The translations under genes were made by a program, and so were the position numbers. From positions 255,388 to 319,387 of the forward strand of contig NW_013657650.1 in assembly GCF_000142905.1 (NCBI RefSeq): a stretch of DNA of 64,000 nucleotides, given 5' to 3'. Within the stretch, counting starts at the first letter, position 1, and every line of letters begins with the position of its first letter. The DNA comes from Thecamonas trahens ATCC 50062. Its lineage: Eukaryota; Protista; Apusomonadida. This document shows positions 20,933 to 31,584 of this stretch, piece by piece. Below the pieces are notes generated by a model, which saw only the letters and a list, made by a program, of their open reading frames with translations, did no database searches and was not told the origin of the DNA.

Positions 20933-22801
20933 ATGCGAAAGTCCCCCGTCGCTGGAGTTGCGCGCTCGCGGGTGGCCCTCTCGCCGCCGCCCTCGCCCTG
21001 CGCCGAGCCGGCGCCGCGCCAGTCGCCTGCCCGCTCACCGCCGCCGCCGCCAGCACTCGCTCCTGTTGACACGCCACCAGTTGCGCTGGTGCCCAAGCCG
21101 CAGCGTGCGCCGCGTCCAATGCCCGTGCCACCGCTGGGCGTGGTGGGGCAGCGCGGAACCCGGCTGCCCGGGAGACCCCGCCCGCGGCCGACTCGGACGG
21201 CGCGCGCGCTGCCCAAGCCGGATCCGGCCGGCTTTGATGCCTCTGCTGGCGCTGGCTCGGGACCCGGCTCGGTGACAGGCACGCCACGGCGGGCAACTGG
21301 GTCGTCATTTGGCGCTCGCTCGCGACCGCGGCCCGATCCGTCGGGCCTCGGCAACCCGTCGCTTGTCTCGCCGAACATGAGCTCGCCCTCGTTCTCACCG
21401 CGCATTCGCAAGCATCCGCACTCGGCGCCGCCGTCGTCCAAGGCCTGCCCGCCGTCCCCGCTTCGCAAGGTTTCGCCGTACGTCCGGCGGCGGCGCGACT
21501 CGTCCATCAAGGTCTACTACATGCGCCCGGCGCACCGACGGCCGCTCGCCTCGCCGCTGCCAATCGTTTCGCGACGGAAGGTATTTCCCGGCGAGCAGGC
21601 CGCGCACCCGCCGATGTCGTCGTCTTTGCGGTATGAACTCGCGTCCACAGCGCCGTACTCGCTGCCGTCGTCGACAACGGCGTCGCCAAGCAGGAAGCGG
21701 GTGGCGCGAGCCTCGCTCGCGCGCCGCCACGAACGGACGCAGTCGTCTGTCGAAGCCCGGTTGTACGCCTCGCTCTCTGGTGGCCTGCCGCCTGCGATGC
21801 CGTCGGCCACCAAGAGCGCGCTCGGCTTTCATGCCGAGTTTGATTCGGTGGCAGTTGTCTCCAAAGGCAAGTTTACCGAGGTTCTCAGAGTCCATTCGGC
21901 GGCGATCGACAAGTTTTTCGTGGTCAAGAAGGAGATTGACGACGTCCACCTGCCGGGCCTCTCGCTCAAACACGAGGTCGAGGTCATTCGCAAGCTCGGT
22001 GTCCCGCCGCACAACCACGTGGTGCTCTACGAAAAGGCGTGGGAGGAGGCCGGCGTGATGCACATTCAGATGGAGGACTGCGCCCGCGGCTCGCTCGAGC
22101 ACTACCTCGAGACACAGTTCAAGGACACGATGGCGCTCCCGCTCGAGTTTGTGCTCTCCACCCTTCATGACCTCGGCAAAGGGCTGGACTATACGGCGTC
22201 GCGCGGCGTCGTCCACCTTGATCTCAAGCCGGAGAACGTTTTTGTTGACGGCGATGGCAATCTCAAGCTCGGCGACTTTGGCATCTCGCACATCCTCCCG
22301 TCTGCGGGTGCTGACTCGGACTCATCGTCGGACGACGACGACGACGGCACGGCGCCGCATCTGCGTCTGCTTCAGCCGTTCCGCCCGCCGGCGCTGGTGC
22401 GGTCGTCGTCGATGCTCGAGGACGGTGACCCCAAGTACATGTCACAAGAGCTCCTCAAGTCGGACTCGTCGTTGGTTGGCCCGTGGTGCGACGTCTTCTC
22501 ACTCGGCATCATGTGCCTCTCTCTCCTTCTCGGCATTGACTTGCCGTCGCGAGGCGAAATGTGGCATGTGCTCCGCTCTGGCTCGCTCGGACCGGTCCTG
22601 GAGGTCTCTGAGGCCCACGGCCGGTATGTCGCGCTCGACGCGCCACAGGCGGAAGCTGCCACCTACAATGCTCTCCTCGACATTATTGGCCGCATGATGG
22701 CGCCCGATCCCAAGGACCGCCCAGAGGCTGCAGAAGTCGTTGTCGTAGCTGATGCGCTGCTCGAGCGCCTGCGGAGCGAGGCGACGGCCATGCAAGAATG
22801 A
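20933..22801 (+). CDS. Wee1/Myt1-family protein kinase
   Basis: Pro/Ser-rich N-terminus; HNHVVLYEKAWEEAGVMHIQMEDC, VHLDLKPENVF, KLGDFG, EDGDPKYMSQELL, DVFSLG, DLPSRGEMWHVLRSG. Confidence 0.88.
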   Translation: MRKSPVAGVARSRVALSPPPSPCAEPAPRQSPARSPPPPPALAPVDTPPVALVPKPQRAPRPMPVPPLGVVGQRGTRLPGRPRPRPTRTARALPKPDPAGFDASAGAGSGPGSVTGTPRRATGSSFGARSRPRPDPSGLGNPSLVSPNMSSPSFSPRIRKHPHSAPPSSKACPPSPLRKVSPYVRRRRDSSIKVYYMRPAHRRPLASPLPIVSRRKVFPGEQAAHPPMSSSLRYELASTAPYSLPSSTTASPSRKRVARASLARRHERTQSSVEARLYASLSGGLPPAMPSATKSALGFHAEFDSVAVVSKGKFTEVLRVHSAAIDKFFVVKKEIDDVHLPGLSLKHEVEVIRKLGVPPHNHVVLYEKAWEEAGVMHIQMEDCARGSLEHYLETQFKDTMALPLEFVLSTLHDLGKGLDYTASRGVVHLDLKPENVFVDGDGNLKLGDFGISHILPSAGADSDSSSDDDDDGTAPHLRLLQPFRPPALVRSSSMLEDGDPKYMSQELLKSDSSLVGPWCDVFSLGIMCLSLLLGIDLPSRGEMWHVLRSGSLGPVLEVSEAHGRYVALDAPQAEAATYNALLDIIGRMMAPDPKDRPEAAEVVVVADALLERLRSEATAMQE

Positions 22802-22923
22802 GACAAACTTGCACAACTTGCATAAAAAGAAGTGAACAAACCTCGGAACTTGAGAGAGCGACAAGAGGCAGAAGGAGAGAGCACAAAATCGTTGTTCATT
22901 TATCAGATGTGCCCACGCAAGCC

Positions 22924-25900
22924 TTAGGACGAGAGCGAGTACGGGACCTGCGACGGGCGCAGGAAGAGATACGGGTCCTCGGCGGCGGCGTTCCGGGCCA
23001 GGATGCTGGCCTCGATCTCCTTGCAGCGCTCCTGGAACGGCAGGTACGCCGGCTTGAACATATCGGCGACCGGAACTTGGAGGAGCGACGAGTACGAGCC
23101 GCCGGGGCCGAGAGTCGGGGTGGAGAGGAGGCGGACGAGGCCGAGCGAGTGGGTGACGGTGCGGGCGTCGGGAAGCGAGTCCATGATGTAGCGGAGGGTG
23201 ACCTCGCTCTTGTTGATGGGCATCGGCTTGCGCATGAGGGTCGGGCGCGACGGGGCAAAAGCGTAGTAGTCGTACTGCGAGAGCGAGACTGCAGCGTGCT
23301 GGGCAGTGACGGTGAAGAGAAAGCGGGTGAGGAAGCGAGCGAGCTCGGGGCGGGTCTTCACATCCGGAATGGACGTGATGTTAGCACCGTGCGGCGAGCG
23401 GAGCTCGGCCATAAAGCCGTTGAACTGGTCATCGGCGACAAGGTCGGCGTCGGATGCGTACATGATGTCGACGGCGCGGTTGGCGTAGTTCTCGATGGCG
23501 TCCCAGAGGACAAAGCCGTCGTCGCGGTAGTAGTAGCCCGGCAGCGGGTCGTCGGGCGAGCCCGGGGTAACCTTGGTGAAGCCGCGATCGGCGAGCTCCT
23601 GCGGAAAGGCAAAGCCCTCCCAGGTCCAGTAGTCGTTGTAGTTGCGCTCCATGAGCTCGAGGACGCCGTCGAGACCAATCGAGTTGAGGTTCTCGAACTG
23701 GGCGCCCTTGCGAGCGACAAGCGAGTAGCGACCCATGTTGTTGACGGCAAAAGTGTCGTAGGTGTGCGGCTTGAGGAAGACGTACATGGGATGGTCCTTG
23801 GCAAAGGAGCGGAAGAAGGCGATGAGGAACGGCTCCATGGTGAGGTGGATGGGCCCGAGGTGGGCGCCGGCCTCGTGCCATTGGACGTCGGACGACGCGA
23901 CGTGCATCTTGGCAAAGAGCCACGACTCGGCCGGGTCTGACGGGAGGTGCCAGACATGCGGGCCGGCCTCTGCGGCGCGGGTGCCGCGGGTGAGCTGGAT
24001 GGCGAGCGGCATGAGCTTGGCGTAAGAGCCAGGCGCCACGTTGACGGTGTCGAGGTAGAAGACAACGACGGGTGCGTACATGATAAAGTCATCCTTGGTG
24101 ATGGCGTCAGCGAGGAGCTCGTAGTCGGCAAAGTAGAGCTGGCCGGCCTCGCTCAGCTCGTCCATGGGCGGAAGACCCTTTGAGGCGAGGAAGGCGTTGG
24201 CGGCGGCAACCGAGGAGGGAGCCATGTCGAGGGCAGCAGGCAGCGGGTTGGTCGGGAGCACGCGCTGGAGAATGACCGGGTTGGTGCCAGTCAGGTACGT
24301 CCGCGCCCACACCATGTCATCGGTCCAATTGTGGTAGCCGTACGGGATGGGAAGGGTGAAGAGGTTGGCGTGAAGAGCCTCGACGGACGAGTTGGTGTCA
24401 CCGGCGTCAAAGACGACGGCCCACTCGTCGGGCGACTCCCACTCGGAGATGGGCCGCGGCGCGTCCTTGACGCGGAGGAGCGACTTGGCGAGAGCGCCGG
24501 CAAAGACGGCACCGTGCGACGAATAGAACTTAAACTCGTACTGCTGCGACTGCGGGATGTCGCGAATGAAGCGCGGGAGGTAAGAGAAGGGGACGGGCAT
24601 GGTGGCGTAGTCGAAGATGTCGGGCTGGCCAGCGAGCTGGCCGACGCGGCGGCCGGAGAAGGTCTCGGTACACGTCGGCTGCGCGACGACAGCCGAGTTA
24701 AGAGTGCGGCGGAGGGTGGCGGTGGCGTTGTACACGAACTTGCGCGCCTTGGCGATCGAGCCGAGCGGGCGGTGCGAGACCGGCGTGTGCCAGATGTTGA
24801 ACGAGAGGTCGCGGCAAAAGTCAAACTGATCGACGTAGTCAAAGGTCTGCTGCGGGATGGTGAGGCGGGCAACAGGAACGTACACGACGTCGTTGTAGCC
24901 GGTCTTGTCGGTCCAGCGGACGGCGATGTCCTCGAGCGGGTTCTTGCAAGCGTCAAGACCCTGCTCCGCAATGCCAAACTCAAAGCAGGCCTCGCCGGCG
25001 TCGAGCCAGCGGGTCATGGCCTCGCGGAGAAAGTCGGGCGAGGAGCCCCAGGCGATCTCGTCGTCGGCGACGGCGGCCGAGTTGACGGCGCACGGGCGCA
25101 CGCCGTACTTGACGGCGAGCGGGAGGTCGTAGAGCGAGTCGACCGGCGGCGCTGAGCCCAGGGCGTACGGCGTGACCGAAAAGTACTCGGTGGTGAGCGG
25201 ATTCGACATGACAAAGCCCGAGTAGAACATGGGGCCGAGCTGGAAACGGAAAAGTCCCACTCGGCCGGGTTGAACGAGTTAAAGGTGTGGGTGAAGACGG
25301 TGAAGAGGGTGCGGAGGCCGCCAGCAACGATGGCCTTGAGCAGCTTGGGGTAGGCCGAGATCGAGTTGGCGAAGAAGGTCTTGGAGGAGACAAGGACAAA
25401 GTCTGCTGTGTTCGGCTCGGCAAACGGCTCAAAGGTGGCGGCCTTCTCGCCGGCGACGCCGCAGAGCTTGATGGCCATGCCGCGGACGTCGGGGCGGGCG
25501 TCGTTGCGGACCTTACGCATGCCGTTGGAGAAGCGGACCCAGGCCGGCCATGACTCGCCGGGGTTGGCAAAGAGGCCGACCTTGAGGTGCTCGGGAACCC
25601 AGTCGTTGACGCGGAACTCGCCACGGACGCAGCCGTGCATCTTGCGGTGGACGTCGCGGTAGGCGGTGTTGAGGTCAAGCTCCTTGACAATCGATGTCGT
25701 CGTGTCGATGAGCTCGGCAATGGACTGGGCCTCGTTGGCCTCCGGGTACACCTCGCCGGGCACGAGCGAGCACTGGTCAGTGTAGCGGGTGAGGGCGTGG
25801 AGGAAGAGGAGTGCAGCCGGGATGAGGATGAGGAGGCGGAGCCACGACTTGAGAGCGCGGGCCTTGTAGACGGCCATGGCGGCCCAGATGGTGCCGCCGC

Positions 25901-27122
25901 CGACAGCGACCTTGAAGGTCAGGGCGACGAGCTTGAAGACGTTGTTGGAGACAAAGAGCTCTGAAAAGAGCTCGACCTCCCAGGGAACAAGGCCCCAGTG
26001 GGTAAAGGCGGCAAAGACGAGAGCCACCGCGCCGGCCGCGAGGGCGGCGGTCTGGAGCCAGTGGTCGAGAATCCACTTGCCGAGAACCTCGGGGTGCGGG
26101 GCGTTGCCGTACGGCGCAAGGTAGAGGATGGCGAGGAGGAAGCCGAGGACGGCGAGCGCCTCGACCTGGGTGAGGTTGAGGGCAAACCAGGCAGTGGTAG
26201 CCGTGGAGAAGGCAGCCGCGGTGGCAGCGATGCGCCCGAGGGCGGCGGTGGCCGAGAACGAGACCTGCTGCGAGGCGTGGGCCGAGACGTAAGCGTCGGA
26301 TGACGAACGCTTGACAATGTCAGCAGTGATAAAGACCATGGCGAGGCCAATCGCCGAGTGCTGGTAGGCAAAGACGACGTGGATGGCGTAGAGCGCAGTG
26401 GAGTGGGTGGAGAGCGGGAGCTCGACGTCGAGGAGGACGGTGAGGGCCAGAATCTTGACCAGGATGACGTTGTAGAGGACGTGCAGCTGGAGCGGGTTGA
26501 GGAGGAGGCGGAAGTGCAGCGGGTAGGTGATGCACGTCGCCGGCGAGACCGTCCAGTAGTACATGCGGATGGCCCAGATGAGGTAGCAGACGGTGGCAAA
26601 CGAGACCGCGATCTGCGATGCCCACCAGCGCGCCCACATGCCGGGCTGCTTGCCCTCGGCCGCCAGCTTGCGGAAGAGGGTGAGCGCACGGCCAAGGCCA
26701 GCTGCCGGCGCCGCCAGAGTCAGGCCGGCCAGCAGCGCAATCTCGCCTGGGTTGTCCTTGTGGACGTCGAAGCGGACGGCGTAGACGAGGACGACGACGG
26801 CGGCCACAATGGCGACCGGGATGTAGGCGTCGACCCAGGAGAAGCGGAGAGTGACAAAGGCGTCGGTAGCGTCAGCCACAAGCGAGTTGGTGGCGTCAGC
26901 GTAGTGCAGAATGGACCACAGGAGCCAGAACGGGAGAAGGTAGAGCCCAGCGCCGGCGCCCTGGTAGACCCAGTTGGACCAGCCACGGCTGCGCGAGACA
27001 ACCACAAAGAGCGGACCAAAGTAGAGGAGGGCAAACGAAGCAACAACAGTAGCAAGGGCAAACGGCGAGCATCCCACGAGGAGCCGCGTAGCGGTGTACA
27101 CCCCATGCAGGAGATCCACCAT
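22924..27122 (-). CDS. Polytopic membrane domain + catalase-related (AOS/HPL-like) heme domain + lipoxygenase fusion; one frame break near 25250
   Basis: About 445-aa hydrophobic N-terminus. Catalase-like motifs RDVHRKMHGCVRGEFRV, WVRFSNG, DVRGMAIK, then (next frame) YFSVTPYALG, AVKY, VARLTIPQQ, LSFNIWH..HRPLGSI..ARKFVY. LOX motifs GTNP, WLFAK, WHEAGAHLGPIHL..EP, YYYRDDG, TAQHAAV, C-terminal PYSLSS. Confidence 0.88.
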
Positions 27123-27361
27123 AGTACTTGTAGTGGAGGGGGGAGAGAGAGAGGGGTAAGGGTGTTGGGTGTAGGGGGGAGGGGGGGAAGGGGGGGGGGG
27201 GCGGGGGAAGACGGCGATGTTTTGGCGCTCCCACACGCGTGGGCTTTCTTCTTTATTTTTTTGGCGCCAAGGCCAGCGCAATGCGTTGTTGGTGTGGCTC
27301 TGCGAGTGCATTCATTCCATCATTACCATCAGGTACGGGTGTAGGAGGGCGGAGGGTTTAG

Positions 27362-28969
27362 TTAGTGTGCAAAGAACATCTTGACTGCGCGCACAATGTT
27401 GGCCCGACACATAGGGCACTCATCGAGCGAGTCGGCACACTCGCTGCAGGCGCAGACGTGACCGCATTCGAGGAGGATGACGTCGATGCGGTTGTCCATG
27501 CAGACAACGCAGAGGTTGGCATCCTCGTCGGCAGCGATTGGAGCAGGCATCTTGGCCGCGGCTTTGGCAGGGGCGGGAATCGACGGCGCGGGTGCTTGGG
27601 CGGTCGGTGCGATTGACGGCGAGCCGAGCGGGCGGCCGTCAGGGCGCACATCGACAAAGGACGCAGGCGGGACGGTGAGCGGCGGAAGTGAGGCGGGGTT
27701 CGGCAGCGGCGCCATAAATGACGGAGTCGGCGCGACGTGCGGTGGGGTGATGCGACCGGACGGAACGGGCGCGGCTGGCGATCCGCCGTCCGACTCGTCC
27801 GAGGCGCGCAGGATGGCAGAGGCAAACGAGGTACGGAGAGAGGCAACGGGCGAGGCGATCGGCGAGGCAACATGCGGTAAGACTGGCTCACAGACGCTCC
27901 TGGTGGGCGTGGTGTGAAGGCCTGCAGCAGTTAGCCCGGAACCAAAAGAAGCCTCGGTTCGCTCCAACGTCATCAGGGACTGCGAGAGCACGCCGGCCTC
28001 CGTCTTGGATGACAGGAACTCGGCCAGCGACTGGTATCGGTGGCCGTCATACAGTAAAAAGCCCGAGGCCAGACACGAGAGCCGCGAGTGTGTGATGGTG
28101 CCGTTCGAGTTGGCGAGCGAGATGGTGTAGTCGCCCGGGACCGATGACGAGTAGCGGACAACATACGTCCCGGCGGCATGATGCGCGAGCCGAGCCTCGA
28201 TCTCTTCGCGAGTAGCGCTTCCATCGAAACATGACGACGACTCGACCGACTGGCGTACCATCTTGTACCGCGAAACGTCGTCGGGCGCCGTGGCGGACGC
28301 TTGCGTTTGCGAGTGTGCCGGTGACTCGGGCGCGTCCAGGCCATGCGCAGTGTACAGCAAGGCGCCCGCGCCGGCGGTCCCGGCCTGTTCGGCAGCCTCA
28401 AGCTCCAGAAGCGAGACAGTGTAGACGTGCGGCCAGAGAGCAACAATGTCCTCAATCGACGAGAAGCCGCGCGGCGAGGCCTTGTCGATGCAGATGCGGA
28501 CCGAGCCATCGGGCTCGCGATGGAGCAGATACAGGACGTGGATGAAGCACTCGAGGCATCCACATACGACAGCGCTAGCCCACCGTTCTGCCGCGACAAC
28601 CGCCATATAAAGGTGCCCGGCGAGCGGCCCGCCAGCCGGCCCGGCACTACCTCGCCGTCCGAGGTGACAAAGCCCTCGAGGCCGACCCTATCTGCGCCTG
28701 GGTCAAACATGCCCGACGCCTCCAGCGCCGCCAGGAACTCGGGCGTAGCTATCCAACACCATGCCCATGCCCATACCACACGTGAGTTTCTCCCTCTTCT
28801 CCCTCCTCCCCCCCTTCTCCTCCTCTTCCTTCCAAAACGTACGGTCCGTCGGACAGAAAGGCACTCCGCCCCCGCCTGCAGCAGCAGTCTGTCCCGAGCA
28901 GGCAGAGATGGGCGTGTACTCGCACGGCTGCCTGTCTCTGCCATCCTCCCGGTACCGTTCCGCCGCCAT
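27362..28969 (-). CDS. SH2-SH2-Pro-rich-RING protein (E3 ligase-like); exon 28969-28843, intron 28842-28749, frame break near 28555
   Basis: SH2-1 GFV...LAGRSPGTFIWRLS..GGLALSYV../FIHVL..FSSIEDIV; SH2-2 FDGSATREEIEARL..GTYVVRYSSS.PGDYTIS..ITH; RING CVVCMD..LECGHVCACSEC..CPMCR; the GTACGT..TAG intron joins in phase. Confidence 0.8.
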
Positions 28970-29430
28970 TCCTCGTACTAGAGATAGTGGTGGGGGTTCG
29001 GGGGGTGGGGGTGGGGGTGGGGGGTGCGACCGGGTTGGGGAGGGGTAAAGAGGGGGGCGGCGCGGTGAGTGGCTCTGCCCACTGATCAGAAAAAGGCTGC
29101 GGAGAAGAGAGGGCCGATGGCCCAAAGTTGATGGCCCAGGGCGGATGGCCCAAGACGGATGGCTCAAGGCGACAGATGGCAAGAGAGAGAGAGAGGAGAG
29201 GCATGGATTGAATGACATCTCTAATCGTGTGGTACGATTGGTTGAGGGCACAGTGGTATGTGTGGTGAGTTTGTGGGGAGATTTGTCATCTGTGATGGAT
29301 GGACATGGTGGTGGTCACAGTGGTCGGTGGTGGACGTGAGCTGTCTCGCCGTCAACCTGCCCGACTTGACCAACCTGCCTGCGCCTGCCATTACTCTCTC
29401 TCCGCCCGATCCATCTCCCTTGATTTTGCC

Positions 29431-31221
29431 ATGATCAGGCCGCGGCATGGGGTGGCGCCGTCACCATCGCTATCGCCACCGTCTCCACCTCCGCCATTCC
29501 CTCTGCCGCCTGCTGCGACAGCCTCGACCCGCTCGCCGACTGCAGCGACAGCTGCCCGCCGCAGGCCGGGCCAAGCCCGCTCTGCCGTTCCGGCCTCGCC
29601 GTCGCCGAGTCCCAGCCCGCCACCGCGGCTGCGTCCTCTTTCGGCATCGCTCTCTGGTGCCTTGTCCTCGGCTGTCTCCTCCGCGGCGCCCTCGCTAGCC
29701 TTTTCAGGCCTCTCTTCGGCAGCTGGGTCGGCGGCCGGTTCGGCAGCTGGCTCGCCACGCATCGTGGCTACCGCGTTGGTCCGCCCGCGGCTCCGTGGGC
29801 GACACACCACAGTCATCATTCCATCGCCGTCGCTCTCACCGTCTTCGCACGGCTCACGATCAAGGTCACGATCAAGGTCGCGGTCGCGGTCGCGGTCGCG
29901 GTCTCCGCGTCGGCCGTCGGGTGGTGGTGCTGGCGACGGCGGTCGTGGGCGTGCCGTGCGGCGGCAGGTTACGCTTGATGTACTGCCGCCTACGTGGGAT
30001 ACAGCGTTGGCAGGCGACGGATCCGAGATTGGCGAAGAGGTGCTTGCAGAGATGGTGAGCGGGGCGTCGCGCGATGAGCTCGTGCAGGCCGCCGACGTGA
30101 CGACGCTCGCGGTCGGCCTGGCGGCGTTCCTCAAGCCGCCTGAAGAGCGGCAGGCTGGTGGTGAAAATGCCGGCACCTTGAAGCTGCTGCGCGAGTTGGC
30201 GGGCGTGTATCTCATTCTAGGTGATAGGCAGCGGCACCGGGCGTACTCGCTGGCTGCCATTGCTCTGGCGTCGGCGCCGGAGCCGGTGACTACCGCCGCG
30301 CAGGCGCGCGCGCTCCCCGGCATCGGCCCTTCGATTGCTGCCAAGATTGAGGCGTTTGTGAAGACCGACCGGTGCGCGGTCCTGGATCGAATTTACCTCT
30401 CACGCAAGTGGGAGGTCATGTCGCGGCTGGTCGGCATCTGGGGCGTGGGTCCGTCAACTGCCGCGCACTGGATGGCACGCGGCATCGAGTCGGTCGAGGC
30501 CTTGCGCGAGTCGGGCACCCTGCTCTCGGACCGCCAGGCCATGGGTGTCAAGTTCTACGATGACTTTCAGGCACGCATGCCGCGTGACGAGATCGACGTC
30601 CACATTGGCGTCGTCGCCAAGGTCGTCGACGAGCTGCCGGACGCCAGAGATCTCGGCCTTGTCACCGTGCCGGCCGGCTCGTGGCGCCGCGGCAAGAGCT
30701 CGGCCCACGACGTGGACATTCTAGTTACCACCCGTGAACTGCAGCCCATGGCTGCCCTCGTCGGCATCCTCGACAAAATCGTCGACGCTCTGTACGAGCT
30801 TGACTACGTCGAGGCCACACTGCGGAAGAGCTACGGCATCGGAACTCGCAAGCACCCGTCTCGGAACTCGCTCTCGCTTGCGGTTGAGCATGAAGACTTT
30901 GACGTTTTCTTTGGCGTTGTCAGCCTCCCCTCGCCGCTCTCGCACCTCCAGCCCCCGCTCGCCCGGCGCCTCGATCTCATCGTTGTCCCGCGCACCCGCT
31001 TTGCCGTCACCTCGCTCTACTTTACCGGCTCGGCCATGTTCAACCGGCTGCTTCGGATCCACGCTCTGGCGCTCGGCTACAAGCTCGGCAACGACAAGAT
31101 CTTCCCGGTCGACGACCTTGGTCTCCCTGCTGGCCCGCCCGTCGCAGTATTAACCGAAGCCGACGTCTTTGACCTCCTCGGCCTCCCCTTTGTCCCGCCG
31201 ACCTGGCGCAACAACAGCTGA
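29431..31221 (+). CDS. DNA polymerase X family (Pol lambda/mu-like)
   Basis: LPGIGPSIAAKI, WGVGPSTA, GSWRRGK..HDVDILVT, RRLDL, YFTGSAMFNR, TEADVFDLLGL. Confidence 0.93.
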   Translation: MIRPRHGVAPSPSLSPPSPPPPFPLPPAATASTRSPTAATAARRRPGQARSAVPASPSPSPSPPPRLRPLSASLSGALSSAVSSAAPSLAFSGLSSAAGSAAGSAAGSPRIVATALVRPRLRGRHTTVIIPSPSLSPSSHGSRSRSRSRSRSRSRSRSPRRPSGGGAGDGGRGRAVRRQVTLDVLPPTWDTALAGDGSEIGEEVLAEMVSGASRDELVQAADVTTLAVGLAAFLKPPEERQAGGENAGTLKLLRELAGVYLILGDRQRHRAYSLAAIALASAPEPVTTAAQARALPGIGPSIAAKIEAFVKTDRCAVLDRIYLSRKWEVMSRLVGIWGVGPSTAAHWMARGIESVEALRESGTLLSDRQAMGVKFYDDFQARMPRDEIDVHIGVVAKVVDELPDARDLGLVTVPAGSWRRGKSSAHDVDILVTTRELQPMAALVGILDKIVDALYELDYVEATLRKSYGIGTRKHPSRNSLSLAVEHEDFDVFFGVVSLPSPLSHLQPPLARRLDLIVVPRTRFAVTSLYFTGSAMFNRLLRIHALALGYKLGNDKIFPVDDLGLPAGPPVAVLTEADVFDLLGLPFVPPTWRNNS

Positions 31222-31584
31222 CCGATGTGCCTGGCTACGCGCGTCTCGCTCGCAACATCGAGACATTGAACAGAGCATGTCTCCGCCAGCCAGTAAACCC
31301 TCACACGCCCTCGCCGGCGCGTCGGCTGCCATCACTGGATACACCGGATCCCAAGGCGCCAAGTACGACGGCGGTTGTGCACGTTGCACGTTGGCCTCAA
31401 CTGCAACTCCGGGGAGGCAGGCTGCTGCTGAAGTGATGGCGGTGGTGGCGGTGGTGGATCTTGCGGGTACGGTAGTTACGGCGTCATCAGCCGCCAAGAG
31501 TGCGGCGTGTTTGGGCGGCGGATTGCGGCGTTCGGCGGCTCGGCGCGCCCCGCGCTCACGGTCATTGATTGGCACTTGACTCAC

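Noticed and set aside
25240-25260. 21-nt GT..AG micro-intron as the fix for the AOS-LOX break
   Set aside because: Length is a multiple of three, so it does not restore the frame
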